Source of the DNA: Verrucomicrobiota bacterium
GTDB taxonomy: Bacteria; Verrucomicrobiota; Verrucomicrobiia; Limisphaerales; JADLHS01
Reading direction: 5' to 3'
Length of the DNA stretch: 64,000 nt
Assembly (NCBI GenBank): GCA_039806955.1
Contig: JBDHQI010000006.1
Span: forward strand, 16,324-80,323
Notes under the pieces: model-generated
Databases searched by the model: none
Told to the model about the DNA's origin: nothing
What the model saw: only the letters and a program-made list of their open reading frames with translations
Position numbers and translations under genes: made by a program
Shown here: positions 9,410 to 18,484 of the stretch, in pieces
How positions within the stretch are numbered: position 1 is the first letter of the stretch
How the letters are laid out: every line of letters starts with the position of its first letter

Positions 9410-9742
9410 TTAAATCCCGCTGTTTGAGAGTGTGGTGCTGATGGTGTTCACCACCTGCGCCAGTTGCGGATGCGATTTCTCAAACGCCGCCACGGAGCGA
9501 CGCAGTTTGTCAGTGGAAGTTTTGACGCGTTCGGGATCAAGCCCGGCTTGCGTGGCGGCGTAAGCGCTGGTTTGCGCAAAGCCAACGATATCCTGTGCCT
9601 GCGGGCTGTGCGTTTTGGCCAGCCCGTTGGCTTCGGTTCTGAGTTTGTCCAGCAAGGTTAGCAACTCCGTTCGCCGTTGGCGTGGGATCGCGTCGGCTCG
9701 CTGGATGAGGGCTTCAATCTGTTGGATGGTTTCGTCAATCAT
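9410..9742 (-). CDS. DUF4404-like small helical protein
   Basis: All-helical 110-aa protein ending ...FEKSHPQLAQVVNTISTTLSNSGI, which resembles the DUF4404 C-terminal signature as I recall it. ATG 9742 preferred over TTG 9760. Confidence 0.5.
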   Translation of the reverse strand: MIDETIQQIEALIQRADAIPRQRRTELLTLLDKLRTEANGLAKTHSPQAQDIVGFAQTSAYAATQAGLDPERVKTSTDKLRRSVAAFEKSHPQLAQVVNTISTTLSNSGI

Positions 9743-9800
9743 GCGGTTGCGTGTTGCCAAGTCAGCCTAGTCGGAATCGGCGGTTCGGCAATAGAAGAAA

Positions 9801-10472
9801 TTAGCCGCCGTGCGTCGCCACCAGCGGCGCGACGATGCGCCAGATGGCGGCCTGCACTTCGGCGATGGTGCCGGCGGCATTGATGATTTTGATGCGTTCC
9901 GGGTGGGCCGCCGCAATTTCGTCGTAGCCTTGCGCCACGCGCTCGAAGAACGCGCGGCCCGCTTCTTCCAAGCGGTCGCGGATGAACGGCAGCGTGGCCT
10001 GTCGCGAGCGCAATCGTTCTTCGCTGACGGTTTGCGGCACTTGCAGAAACAGCGTGAGATCGGGCCGCGTATCGCCGACGGCGAGGTCAATGACGTTTTT
10101 TACCGTCGCCAGATCGAGTTGCCGTCCGTAACCCTGATACGCGGTGGTGGAATCGTAGAAGCGGTCGCAGACGATGATTTCACCGCGCGCGAGGGCGGGA
10201 CGGATGACTTCACGGACGAGTTGCGCGCGGCTGGCATTCATCAGCAACAACTCGGCTTCCGGCGTCATGGCGGCGTTGGCGTGACTGTGCTTTAACGTGT
10301 GGCGAATTTCCTCGCCGATGGGCGTGCCGCCGGGTTCGCGAAAGACTTTGACGGTGTGCCCCCAATCCTTCAAGCGCTCGACGAGCAGCGGCAACTGCGT
10401 GCTTTTGCCCGCGCCTTCGTTGCCCTCGAATGTGATGAAAAGTCCCTTCATTGAAATGGGGAAAACATTCAA
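9801..10472 (-). CDS. tmk: Thymidylate kinase
   Basis: FITFEGNEGAGKSTQ P-loop and DRFYDST motif. The alternative ATG at 10451 is equally possible. Confidence 0.92.
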   Translation of the reverse strand: MNVFPISMKGLFITFEGNEGAGKSTQLPLLVERLKDWGHTVKVFREPGGTPIGEEIRHTLKHSHANAAMTPEAELLLMNASRAQLVREVIRPALARGEIIVCDRFYDSTTAYQGYGRQLDLATVKNVIDLAVGDTRPDLTLFLQVPQTVSEERLRSRQATLPFIRDRLEEAGRAFFERVAQGYDEIAAAHPERIKIINAAGTIAEVQAAIWRIVAPLVATHGG

Positions 10473-10535
10473 CGCTCAACGTCCAGCGCGCCGAAACTTC
10501 GACGTTGGAAGTTGGAAGTTGAATGTTGAACGTTT
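10469..10535. repeat. Imperfect inverted repeat of 'TTCAAC..TCAAC' words between tmk and cysS
   Basis: ttcaacgctcaacgtcca (10469-10486) versus the reverse complement of tggaagttgaatgttgaa (ttcaacattcaacttcca) near 10512-10533. Confidence 0.4.
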
Positions 10536-10537
10536 TT

Positions 10538-12043
10538 TCAAAGTTTTTTCAGCTTTGGCCCTTTGGGCGAATCTTCCACGATCCAGCCCTTAGCTTTCAG
10601 TTCGTCGCGGATCTGGTCGCTGCGTTTGAAATCTTTCGCTTGGCGCGCTTGGATTCTTTGCTCCATTAACAGTTCAATGTCTTCAGGGATTTGCTCTTCT
10701 CCTTCAATCGAAGCAGCGAATGAGGTGGGCAACCCTAATCCTTGAAAGTGGGCTGTATTTTCGATTATCCGTGCCGGTATTTTGATGTCGAAACCAATAC
10801 CGAGTACTTCATCCAATTTCTTCCAGGTAGCGATGGCAACGATAGCTTGCTCGACAGAAGTTCTGTCCTGAGCGATGGAGCGATTTAGGTCGCGGATCCA
10901 TGCAAAAATCACACCCCATGCTTTTGAAACATTCAAATCGTCGTCCAGTGCTTCGGTAAAGTCGTTAATAATTGTTTGGTCCGGTTGCACTTTAACTATC
11001 CGTGACGTCAGGGCTTCTTCCGCAATCTCAAGGAGCTTCACCAAGCATTCTTTGATTCTTGCGAGTGCGGTGCGCGCGCCACGCAAACCATCCAATGTGA
11101 AATTAAATGTTTCTCGGTAATGGGCGGTTAGAAATAGATAACGGATTTCATGCGCCTTAAAACCTTTCGCCAGCAGATCGCGCAGCGTGAAAAAGTTTCC
11201 GAGCGATTTGCTCATTTTTTTGCCTTCAACGAGCAGGTGCGCGCCGTGCAGCCAGTATTTCACGAACGGCTTGCCGGTGGCGCCTTCGCTCTGCGCGATT
11301 TCGTCCTCGTGATGCGGAAATTTCAAATCCTCGCCGCCCAGATGCAGATCGAAACTTTCGCCCAGCATCTTCATGCTCATGGCGGAACACTCGATGTGCC
11401 AGCCCGGACGACCCTTGCCCCACGGACTGTCCCACGTCACGTCGCCGTCGTCCGACACGCAGGCTTTCCACAACGCAAAGTCGGCGACGGATTCTTTTTC
11501 GTATTCGTCGGAAGCGACACGTTCACCGACCCGCATTTCGTCAAAGTTCAATTTTTGAAGCTGGCCGTAATGACAACCGCAGCCGCGATATTTTTCGATG
11601 CTGAAATAAACCGAACCGTCGCTGGCCTGGTAAGCGATACCGCGCGCGATCAGCTTCTCAATGAGCGCGATGATTTCGGCGATATGTTCGGTGGCGCGTG
11701 GTTTGACGTGGGGCTCGAGACAGCCCAGCGCGCGCAGATCGTCGAAGAAGGCGGTTTCGTATGGCGCGGTGAATTCGCGCAGGGACGTTTGGGTTTCGCG
11801 GACGCGGCGGATGATTTTATCCTCCACGTCGGTGATGTTCATGACGTGCTTCACTTCGAAACCGCGAAACGTCAGGTAGCGGCGCACCAGGTCGGCGAAG
11901 AGGAACGTGCGCCAGTTGCCGATGTGTGCGAAGTCGTAAACCGTCGGGCCGCAGCAATATATTCCCACCTTTCGGGAATGAGCCTCGAGCGGAACGAACT
12001 CCTGCATGGAGCGAGATAGTGTGTTGAAAAACCTAAGACCCAT
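10538..12043 (-). CDS. cysS: Cysteine--tRNA ligase
   Basis: CGPTVYDFAHIGN (HIGH region), KMSKSLGN, zinc-binding Cys residues and a C-terminal DALR-like anticodon-binding region. Confidence 0.96.
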   Translation of the reverse strand: MGLRFFNTLSRSMQEFVPLEAHSRKVGIYCCGPTVYDFAHIGNWRTFLFADLVRRYLTFRGFEVKHVMNITDVEDKIIRRVRETQTSLREFTAPYETAFFDDLRALGCLEPHVKPRATEHIAEIIALIEKLIARGIAYQASDGSVYFSIEKYRGCGCHYGQLQKLNFDEMRVGERVASDEYEKESVADFALWKACVSDDGDVTWDSPWGKGRPGWHIECSAMSMKMLGESFDLHLGGEDLKFPHHEDEIAQSEGATGKPFVKYWLHGAHLLVEGKKMSKSLGNFFTLRDLLAKGFKAHEIRYLFLTAHYRETFNFTLDGLRGARTALARIKECLVKLLEIAEEALTSRIVKVQPDQTIINDFTEALDDDLNVSKAWGVIFAWIRDLNRSIAQDRTSVEQAIVAIATWKKLDEVLGIGFDIKIPARIIENTAHFQGLGLPTSFAASIEGEEQIPEDIELLMEQRIQARQAKDFKRSDQIRDELKAKGWIVEDSPKGPKLKKL

Positions 12044-12187
12044 TTTATCGTTCGGAGATTAAGCCAAGCACCTGGAAAGCAAAGTGGAAAAAGTGAGGTG
12101 AAAGAACGGCTTCATGCTTATGCTGATGGTTTGACCCTCGGGTTGCCCCGGAAGTTTCGTTCAAAGCCGCCGGCGAATGCGAGTAAC

Positions 12188-12946
12188 TCAACCCTTCAGC
12201 TTCGCGTAGCGTTCCGCTACGAAGTCCCAGTTCACCACGTTCCACCACGCGGCCAGATAATCGGCACGCCGGTTTTGATATTTGAGGTAGTAGGCGTGTT
12301 CCCAGACATCCACGCCGAGCAGCGGTTGATGCCAGGAGCGCAAGGGAGTGTCCTGGTTGGGGGTGGACTCAATCTTTAACTTTCCCATAGACAACACGAG
12401 CCACGCCCAGCCGCTGCCAAACTGGCCCAGCCCGGCTTTGGCAAATGCCTCCTTGAACGCAGCGAAACTCCCGAAGCTCCTGTCAATCGCCTGGGCGAGT
12501 TCTCCCGTGGGCTCGCCGCCGCCGCTTTTTTTCATCATCTGCCAGAACAGGGAGTGATTGTAGTGGCCGCCGCCGTTATTGCGGATGGCGGTGCGGAGGT
12601 CGGATGGTAGTTTCCCCATTTCCTCTGCCATGCCGACGCCAATGCCAACGCCGCCAGCCCCCAATTCTGACAAGATTTCCTCGATGGTTTTGCCGCCAAG
12701 AACCCGTGGTTGAGCCGCGACCGCCTTGTTCAAATTATCCACATACGCCTTGTGATGGCGGTCGTGGTGAATCTCCATGGTGCGGGCGTCAAGGTGCGGT
12801 TCGAGCGCGTCGAGCGCATAGGGCAGCGGGGGCAGCTCAAAGGGGCGGGCCAGCGCGGAGTCCGTTTGAGCGAGGACGCTTGGAGCGGCGGCGGCGGCGG
12901 CCGTTGCCAGCGCGGTGGTTTTTAGAGCTTCGCGTCGAGTCATCAT
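12188..12946 (-). CDS. Fe/Mn-family superoxide dismutase with Tat-type signal peptide
   Basis: [26 protein letters not shown], then [36 protein letters not shown] and DVWEHAYYL motifs. Start placed at the twin ATG 12946/12943. Confidence 0.9.
   Translation of the reverse strand: MMTRREALKTTALATAAAAAAPSVLAQTDSALARPFELPPLPYALDALEPHLDARTMEIHHDRHHKAYVDNLNKAVAAQPRVLGGKTIEEILSELGAGGVGIGVGMAEEMGKLPSDLRTAIRNNGGGHYNHSLFWQMMKKSGGGEPTGELAQAIDRSFGSFAAFKEAFAKAGLGQFGSGWAWLVLSMGKLKIESTPNQDTPLRSWHQPLLGVDVWEHAYYLKYQNRRADYLAAWWNVVNWDFVAERYAKLKG
12627..12660. repeat. Hexanucleotide-periodic tract (GCCNNN)n inside the SOD gene
   Basis: gccatgccgacgccaatgccaacgccgccagcc encodes [13 protein letters not shown] on the sense strand. 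This is extra relative to E. coli SodA/SodB as recalled, between ...EEILSEL and [17 protein letters not shown]. Confidence 0.45.
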
Positions 12947-13040
12947 AGCTTCAAAGCTTATGACCCGGAGGCTTTCCTGTGAAGACGGAAGTTGCCTTGT
13001 GGAAAAGTGTCTTGCCCGGACTACGCCAGTGGCGTAGCCT

Positions 13041-13355
13041 GTGTCAGTGATCTTTGTCGAGACACCCACGTTCACCAAACGAGTGTTGGATCTGCTCGAT
13101 GATGGAAGCTATGCCGCGCTGCAAGCGCAATTGGTGAAACAGCCCAACGCGGGTGATGTGATTCGCGGCTTGAGCGGGATGCGCAAGATTCGCTGGGCGG
13201 CCAAGGGGTGCGGCAAACGCGGCGGCGTACGGGTGATTTATTACTGGTGGATGGGCGAGGATCGTATCTTGATGCTGTTCATCTACCCGAAGAACGAAAG
13301 GGATGATTTGAGCGCGGGCCAATTGAAGCAACTCCGGCGGGCGCTGGAACGGTGA
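13041..13355 (+). CDS. higB: HigB-2-type (RelE/ParE superfamily) toxin
   Basis: Close textual match to the V. cholerae HigB-2 pattern as recalled: IFVETPTF...[32 protein letters not shown]...[18 protein letters not shown]. The toxin gene comes first and overlaps the next gene by 4 nt. Confidence 0.85.
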   Translation: MSVIFVETPTFTKRVLDLLDDGSYAALQAQLVKQPNAGDVIRGLSGMRKIRWAAKGCGKRGGVRVIYYWWMGEDRILMLFIYPKNERDDLSAGQLKQLRRALER

Positions 13356-14067
13356 TTATGAAGAAAGAACTTTTTGACGAACTGCTGCAAAGCGTCAAGG
13401 AAGCCGTTGCCATCGAGCGCGGCAAGGCCAAACCATCCCGCACGTTTGAAGTGAAGACGGCCAATGATGTCGTGTTGGTGCGTAACAAATTGGGGTTGTC
13501 ACAGACCAAATTTGCGCGGCTGTTGGGAATCAGCGAAGACACGTTGCAGAATTGGGAGCAGGGGCGGCGACGGCCGGCTGGTCCGGCCAAGGTGCTGCTC
13601 AAAGTGGCGGCCCGGCATCCGGAAGTGATTTTGGAAACGGTGTAGCAATCGTCTTTACAGAAGCCACCTTTCGAATTCTGCCCGGTCTTCTGCAAGCCTA
13701 ACTGCTCGTATTCTTTCTGGGGCAGCTTGCTGTTGCCGATAGCAGACTTCATAAACCGAGATGATTCAGCCCAACCGATAATATCTTCGTAATCTTCAGC
13801 CGCACCTTCGGTGTTGCTTTTTATTTCGGCCCAATCTGCCTCCGATAGCTTAAGCACTGCAGGTCGCACGCGGTAAACTTCCGGTCGGTCGCTTTCGTAT
13901 TTTTCTAGAAGCTTCACCACTTGGTCGCGCCGTTGAAGATCTGGAAACAGATTTGCCAGCTTATTGCCAGGAAGGCGCCGATAATCACGCTGTGCAATCA
14001 ACGCTTCGCTTTCCAGCGCGCGATTGGCGGCTGGTTGGGTTGCTCGTCTGCGATTCAACTTGAGCAC
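13279..14067 (-). CDS. Hypothetical ORF; only the 5' ~140 codons (13646-14067, low GC) look genuine, and the 3' part is antisense to higA
   Basis: Long ORF with no recognisable motif. Its first 420 nt lie in a ~47% GC patch. The frame stays open across the convergent higA gene, which suggests a disrupted gene or a run-on ORF. Confidence 0.25.
   Translation of the reverse strand: MLKLNRRRATQPAANRALESEALIAQRDYRRLPGNKLANLFPDLQRRDQVVKLLEKYESDRPEVYRVRPAVLKLSEADWAEIKSNTEGAAEDYEDIIGWAESSRFMKSAIGNSKLPQKEYEQLGLQKTGQNSKGGFCKDDCYTVSKITSGCRAATLSSTLAGPAGRRRPCSQFCNVSSLIPNSRANLVCDNPNLLRTNTTSLAVFTSNVRDGLALPRSMATASLTLCSSSSKSSFFIITVPAPAGVASIGPRSNHPFRSSGR
13352..13645 (+). CDS. higA: HigA-2-type HTH (XRE) antitoxin
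   Basis: LGLSQTKFARLLGISEDTLQNWEQGRRRPAGPAKVLLKVAARHPEVI matches the HigA-2 C-terminal HTH pattern. Start is GTG 13352 or ATG 13358. Confidence 0.85.
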   Translation: MIMKKELFDELLQSVKEAVAIERGKAKPSRTFEVKTANDVVLVRNKLGLSQTKFARLLGISEDTLQNWEQGRRRPAGPAKVLLKVAARHPEVILETV

Positions 14068-14075
14068 GTATTACG

Positions 14076-15209
14076 TCACTTCTCGCCGTGCATCTCGGTG
14101 TAAATCTTCACCGCGCACTTCTCCAACGCTTCCCAATCAGCGGCGGTGGTTTCCCAGCCGCTGCTGAAGCGCAACACTTGCGTGAGTTGCCCGGCTTGAT
14201 ATCCCATCGCACTGAGCACATGGGAAGGCGTTTCCTTGCCGGTGGTGCAGGCCGAGCCGGTGCTGACAGCGAAGCCCGCTTTGTCGAGACGCGTCACCCA
14301 GCGTTGCTGGCCGCCTTCAGGCATCAGCGCCGAGGTGGTGTTCCACAAGCGCGGGGCGCGCAAGCCGACGATGGTGGAACCACGCACCTGCCGCAGCAAC
14401 AGTTTTTCAAATTTCTCCTTCCATTCGGTGCGGGTCTGATGTTGGTTCTCCGCCATTTGTCGTTCGCGCACTTCCAAGGCCGCCACCATGGCCAGGATGA
14501 TGGGCAGATTTTCCGTGCCCGCGCGCTGCCCGCGCTCTTGTTTGCCGCCGAAGAGGAGCGAATTGATTTTGCTTTTGTGCGGCGCTTTCAGAAAACCGAC
14601 GCCGCGCGGGCCGCCGAATTTGTGGGCCGCGCCCGTGACAAAATCACATTCGCCCAAACCTTTGGCGGGCATTTTGCCGAGCCATTGCACGGCGTCGGTG
14701 AAAAACGGCACTTCGTAAGCCTGGCAGATGGCGAGAAGTTCGCGCCACGGTTGGATGACGCCGGTTTCGTTGTTGGCGCACATCACACTGACGACGCCGG
14801 GTCGTTTGTCGGCCATTTCCTGCGTGAACCATTCCAGGTCCACCACACCATCCGTGGTGACCGGAATGAAGCGGGCGCGTTTGCCGAAATAGTGGCGCGC
14901 GGAATTATCAATGCACGGATGTTCGATGGAACTCACCCACACTTCAGCGGTGGCGGGCAGGGTCAACGCGAAGTGGTGCATGGCCATGTTGTTGGCCTCG
15001 GTCGCGCCGCTGGTCCAGATGATGTCGCTGGGGTGACCGCCGAGGTAATGCGCCAGCTTCTCGCGGGCGGCCACCAGAGCCTTGTTCGCCACCAGTCCAA
15101 AAGTGTGTGGACTGGAAGGATTACCGTGAATTTTCTCGGTGGCTTCGAGCCAGGCCTCACGGGCTTCGCGCATGACCGGCGCGGTGGCGTTGTAATCAAA
15201 ATAAAACAT
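14076..15209 (-). CDS. Cysteine desulfurase (class V aminotransferase, NifS/IscS family)
   Basis: YFDYNATAP, SGATEANN, PLP-lysine region GAAHKFGGPRGVGFL, active-site loop STGSACT. Confidence 0.9.
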   Translation of the reverse strand: MFYFDYNATAPVMREAREAWLEATEKIHGNPSSPHTFGLVANKALVAAREKLAHYLGGHPSDIIWTSGATEANNMAMHHFALTLPATAEVWVSSIEHPCIDNSARHYFGKRARFIPVTTDGVVDLEWFTQEMADKRPGVVSVMCANNETGVIQPWRELLAICQAYEVPFFTDAVQWLGKMPAKGLGECDFVTGAAHKFGGPRGVGFLKAPHKSKINSLLFGGKQERGQRAGTENLPIILAMVAALEVRERQMAENQHQTRTEWKEKFEKLLLRQVRGSTIVGLRAPRLWNTTSALMPEGGQQRWVTRLDKAGFAVSTGSACTTGKETPSHVLSAMGYQAGQLTQVLRFSSGWETTAADWEALEKCAVKIYTEMHGEK

Positions 15210-15330
15210 CGGCGGGTAGGATATAAGGGAACGTGCGGCTGGCCAGAGTTTTTAAGTTCAGGCCCGGCATTTTGCCAAAGGATTGGCCGGAGTTTGGAAA
15301 CTCACGAACAAAAACGGAAACGGTCGAAAA

Positions 15331-16686
<1,356 letters not shown>

Positions 16687-16898
16687 CACCGCACGACACG
16701 TCACCACGGATGACGACAGACAATCCGCACCCCGCTCCTTGTTGAACGAACCGACTGGCCTTTTGGATTTCGTGACGGCGGCAGCGTGCCAGAACACGGT
16801 GGCGGTGAAATCAATCGGTGCGACAGCCAGCCAAGGAGGGGATTTGTGGGGAATGGCCATCACCCGGATTAAAGTCATCTGGCTAGTTCCGTTGTCGC

Positions 16899-17135
16899 TC
16901 ATCCGAAAAGGAACGGACAAGTCTCCAGCCCGGCTTTGTCAGTCCAAAACTCCCAGTAAGGGAGCAGAACTTTGATGGCTGGTGTGAAACTGGCCAAATA
17001 CGACAACGGGAGAAACACAATATCAATGACACGGCCAAGTGAGCCACGCTCAATCAGAATGGCGGGACCGCTCGCAAGCACATAGGCGACGAGCGTTCCG
17101 AGCGACCCAAGGAGCAGTCCTCCGAATCGTTTCAT
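16899..17135 (-). CDS. Small (78 aa) two-helix membrane protein, unknown function
   Basis: MKRFGGLLLGSLGTLVAYVLASGPAILI... plus a second hydrophobic stretch. Its ATG overlaps the stop of the upstream gene (ATGA at 17132-17135), which suggests translational coupling. Confidence 0.5.
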   Translation of the reverse strand: MKRFGGLLLGSLGTLVAYVLASGPAILIERGSLGRVIDIVFLPLSYLASFTPAIKVLLPYWEFWTDKAGLETCPFLFG

Positions 17136-18484
17136 TTCAGCGGCGTCGGCGGTGGCAAGGTTGGTGCTGGTTGGTTTGCTCGTGTTGGCGGTTGATTCGT
17201 TTCCATTGTGAGGGGAACATTTATTTTCGGCGGTTGGCGCCAAATGTTCGTAATCACATGGTCGTTGACATATAGAGATGTCACCACCTTCGTCGTTGCG
17301 TCAACTTCAGCACAGACGCGGAACGGACCATCCCAAGATTCCTTCCAGTTTGGGAAATAGCGTGCGATGTAGCCATTGCCCCACTTCGCGGGTTCGCCTA
17401 CATAGGTCGGCGGCTCATCCACTCTTAACATTTTTTCCGAGTAACCAAGTTTCTTGAGTGTCTGACGAACCAATGCAACCGCGTCATTGGAGGACATGTT
17501 AATTGGGCCAACAAATCGGGCACACGCCTCCCACGAATCGGGTCTTCCCGGCAATTGCATAGCGTTTGTTGCGTAGTAGGCAATAACCTGTCCGTGGCTG
17601 TAAACGAAGCGAGCTCCGTTTTTCAAATTGATGAATGCATAGGGGTCGTCCTCAACGATTCCCAACGTGGACTCGCTAAAATCAATCTGGTTTGCCTTAA
17701 CAGGCAAAGGAAATGAAAAGCCACCCCTTGTAATGTATTCCGAGAACTGAGGTAATATCGCCATCAAGAATGCGTTGGAATAAGAACCGCCAACAGGAAT
17801 CATTTTTCTGCCACGGCTTGCTGACCGAATTTGTGGTGGTGACTGTGCAACAGGAGCTTTCACCCCAACTGTTGGCTGGGGCCGAAATGTGTTCGTGCTG
17901 AATAGCGCGAACATTTGAATCTGCTTGTTCCGAGCATCAATCTCAAAATCAACAAGCGGCAGATTAGATTCCTTGTTTCCCGGCTCCATCCATTTTACGC
18001 GATAACGCGGAATGGAATTGGTGCCAACGTGTGGGGGCGAAACAACTACAGGGCTCTTGTCTGCGAATAGGGTTTTCTCCGAGTAGCCAAGTTTCTTAAT
18101 CGCTTGGCGAGCCGCCTGAACTGCTTGGTTTTCGTTCACAAGAATTCTCCCATAGAATTCCGGAACTTTGTCTGGGTCTTGAAGACTGTAATAGCTCTGG
18201 GGCGATTGGCACCGGCAGACGCGACCGTCCAGAAACGTGAATTTCCATCCGTTTGTCAGGTGGACGGAGCCGCCAATTTCATCGCTTCTCCAAGAGCACT
18301 TGAACTCTTGGACTTGAGCGACAGTAACCGGCTTGACCATTGGAAGGTCAAGCCGGGTCGCAAAGTCCGACACGAACGGCATTATGGCTACCAAGACCGC
18401 GTTTGAGTATTCCGCCGTGACTTGCAGGATTTCATACATGGGCAACTCAAGGTTACTGCCAATCGGTTTTGTGATTGTATCCAT
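17132..18484 (-). CDS. Hypothetical protein built from two tandem homologous ~200-aa units (each ending in a PepSY-like segment)
   Basis: The units share YSNA.L.AI.P..S, ..KKLGYSEK.L, and RY...W.E......V..E.DA..K motifs. GC is ~45%. The alternative start ATG 18439 (MYEILQ) lies 13 nt after the upstream stop. Confidence 0.65.
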   Translation of the reverse strand: MDTITKPIGSNLELPMYEILQVTAEYSNAVLVAIMPFVSDFATRLDLPMVKPVTVAQVQEFKCSWRSDEIGGSVHLTNGWKFTFLDGRVCRCQSPQSYYSLQDPDKVPEFYGRILVNENQAVQAARQAIKKLGYSEKTLFADKSPVVVSPPHVGTNSIPRYRVKWMEPGNKESNLPLVDFEIDARNKQIQMFALFSTNTFRPQPTVGVKAPVAQSPPQIRSASRGRKMIPVGGSYSNAFLMAILPQFSEYITRGGFSFPLPVKANQIDFSESTLGIVEDDPYAFINLKNGARFVYSHGQVIAYYATNAMQLPGRPDSWEACARFVGPINMSSNDAVALVRQTLKKLGYSEKMLRVDEPPTYVGEPAKWGNGYIARYFPNWKESWDGPFRVCAEVDATTKVVTSLYVNDHVITNIWRQPPKINVPLTMETNQPPTRANQPAPTLPPPTPLK

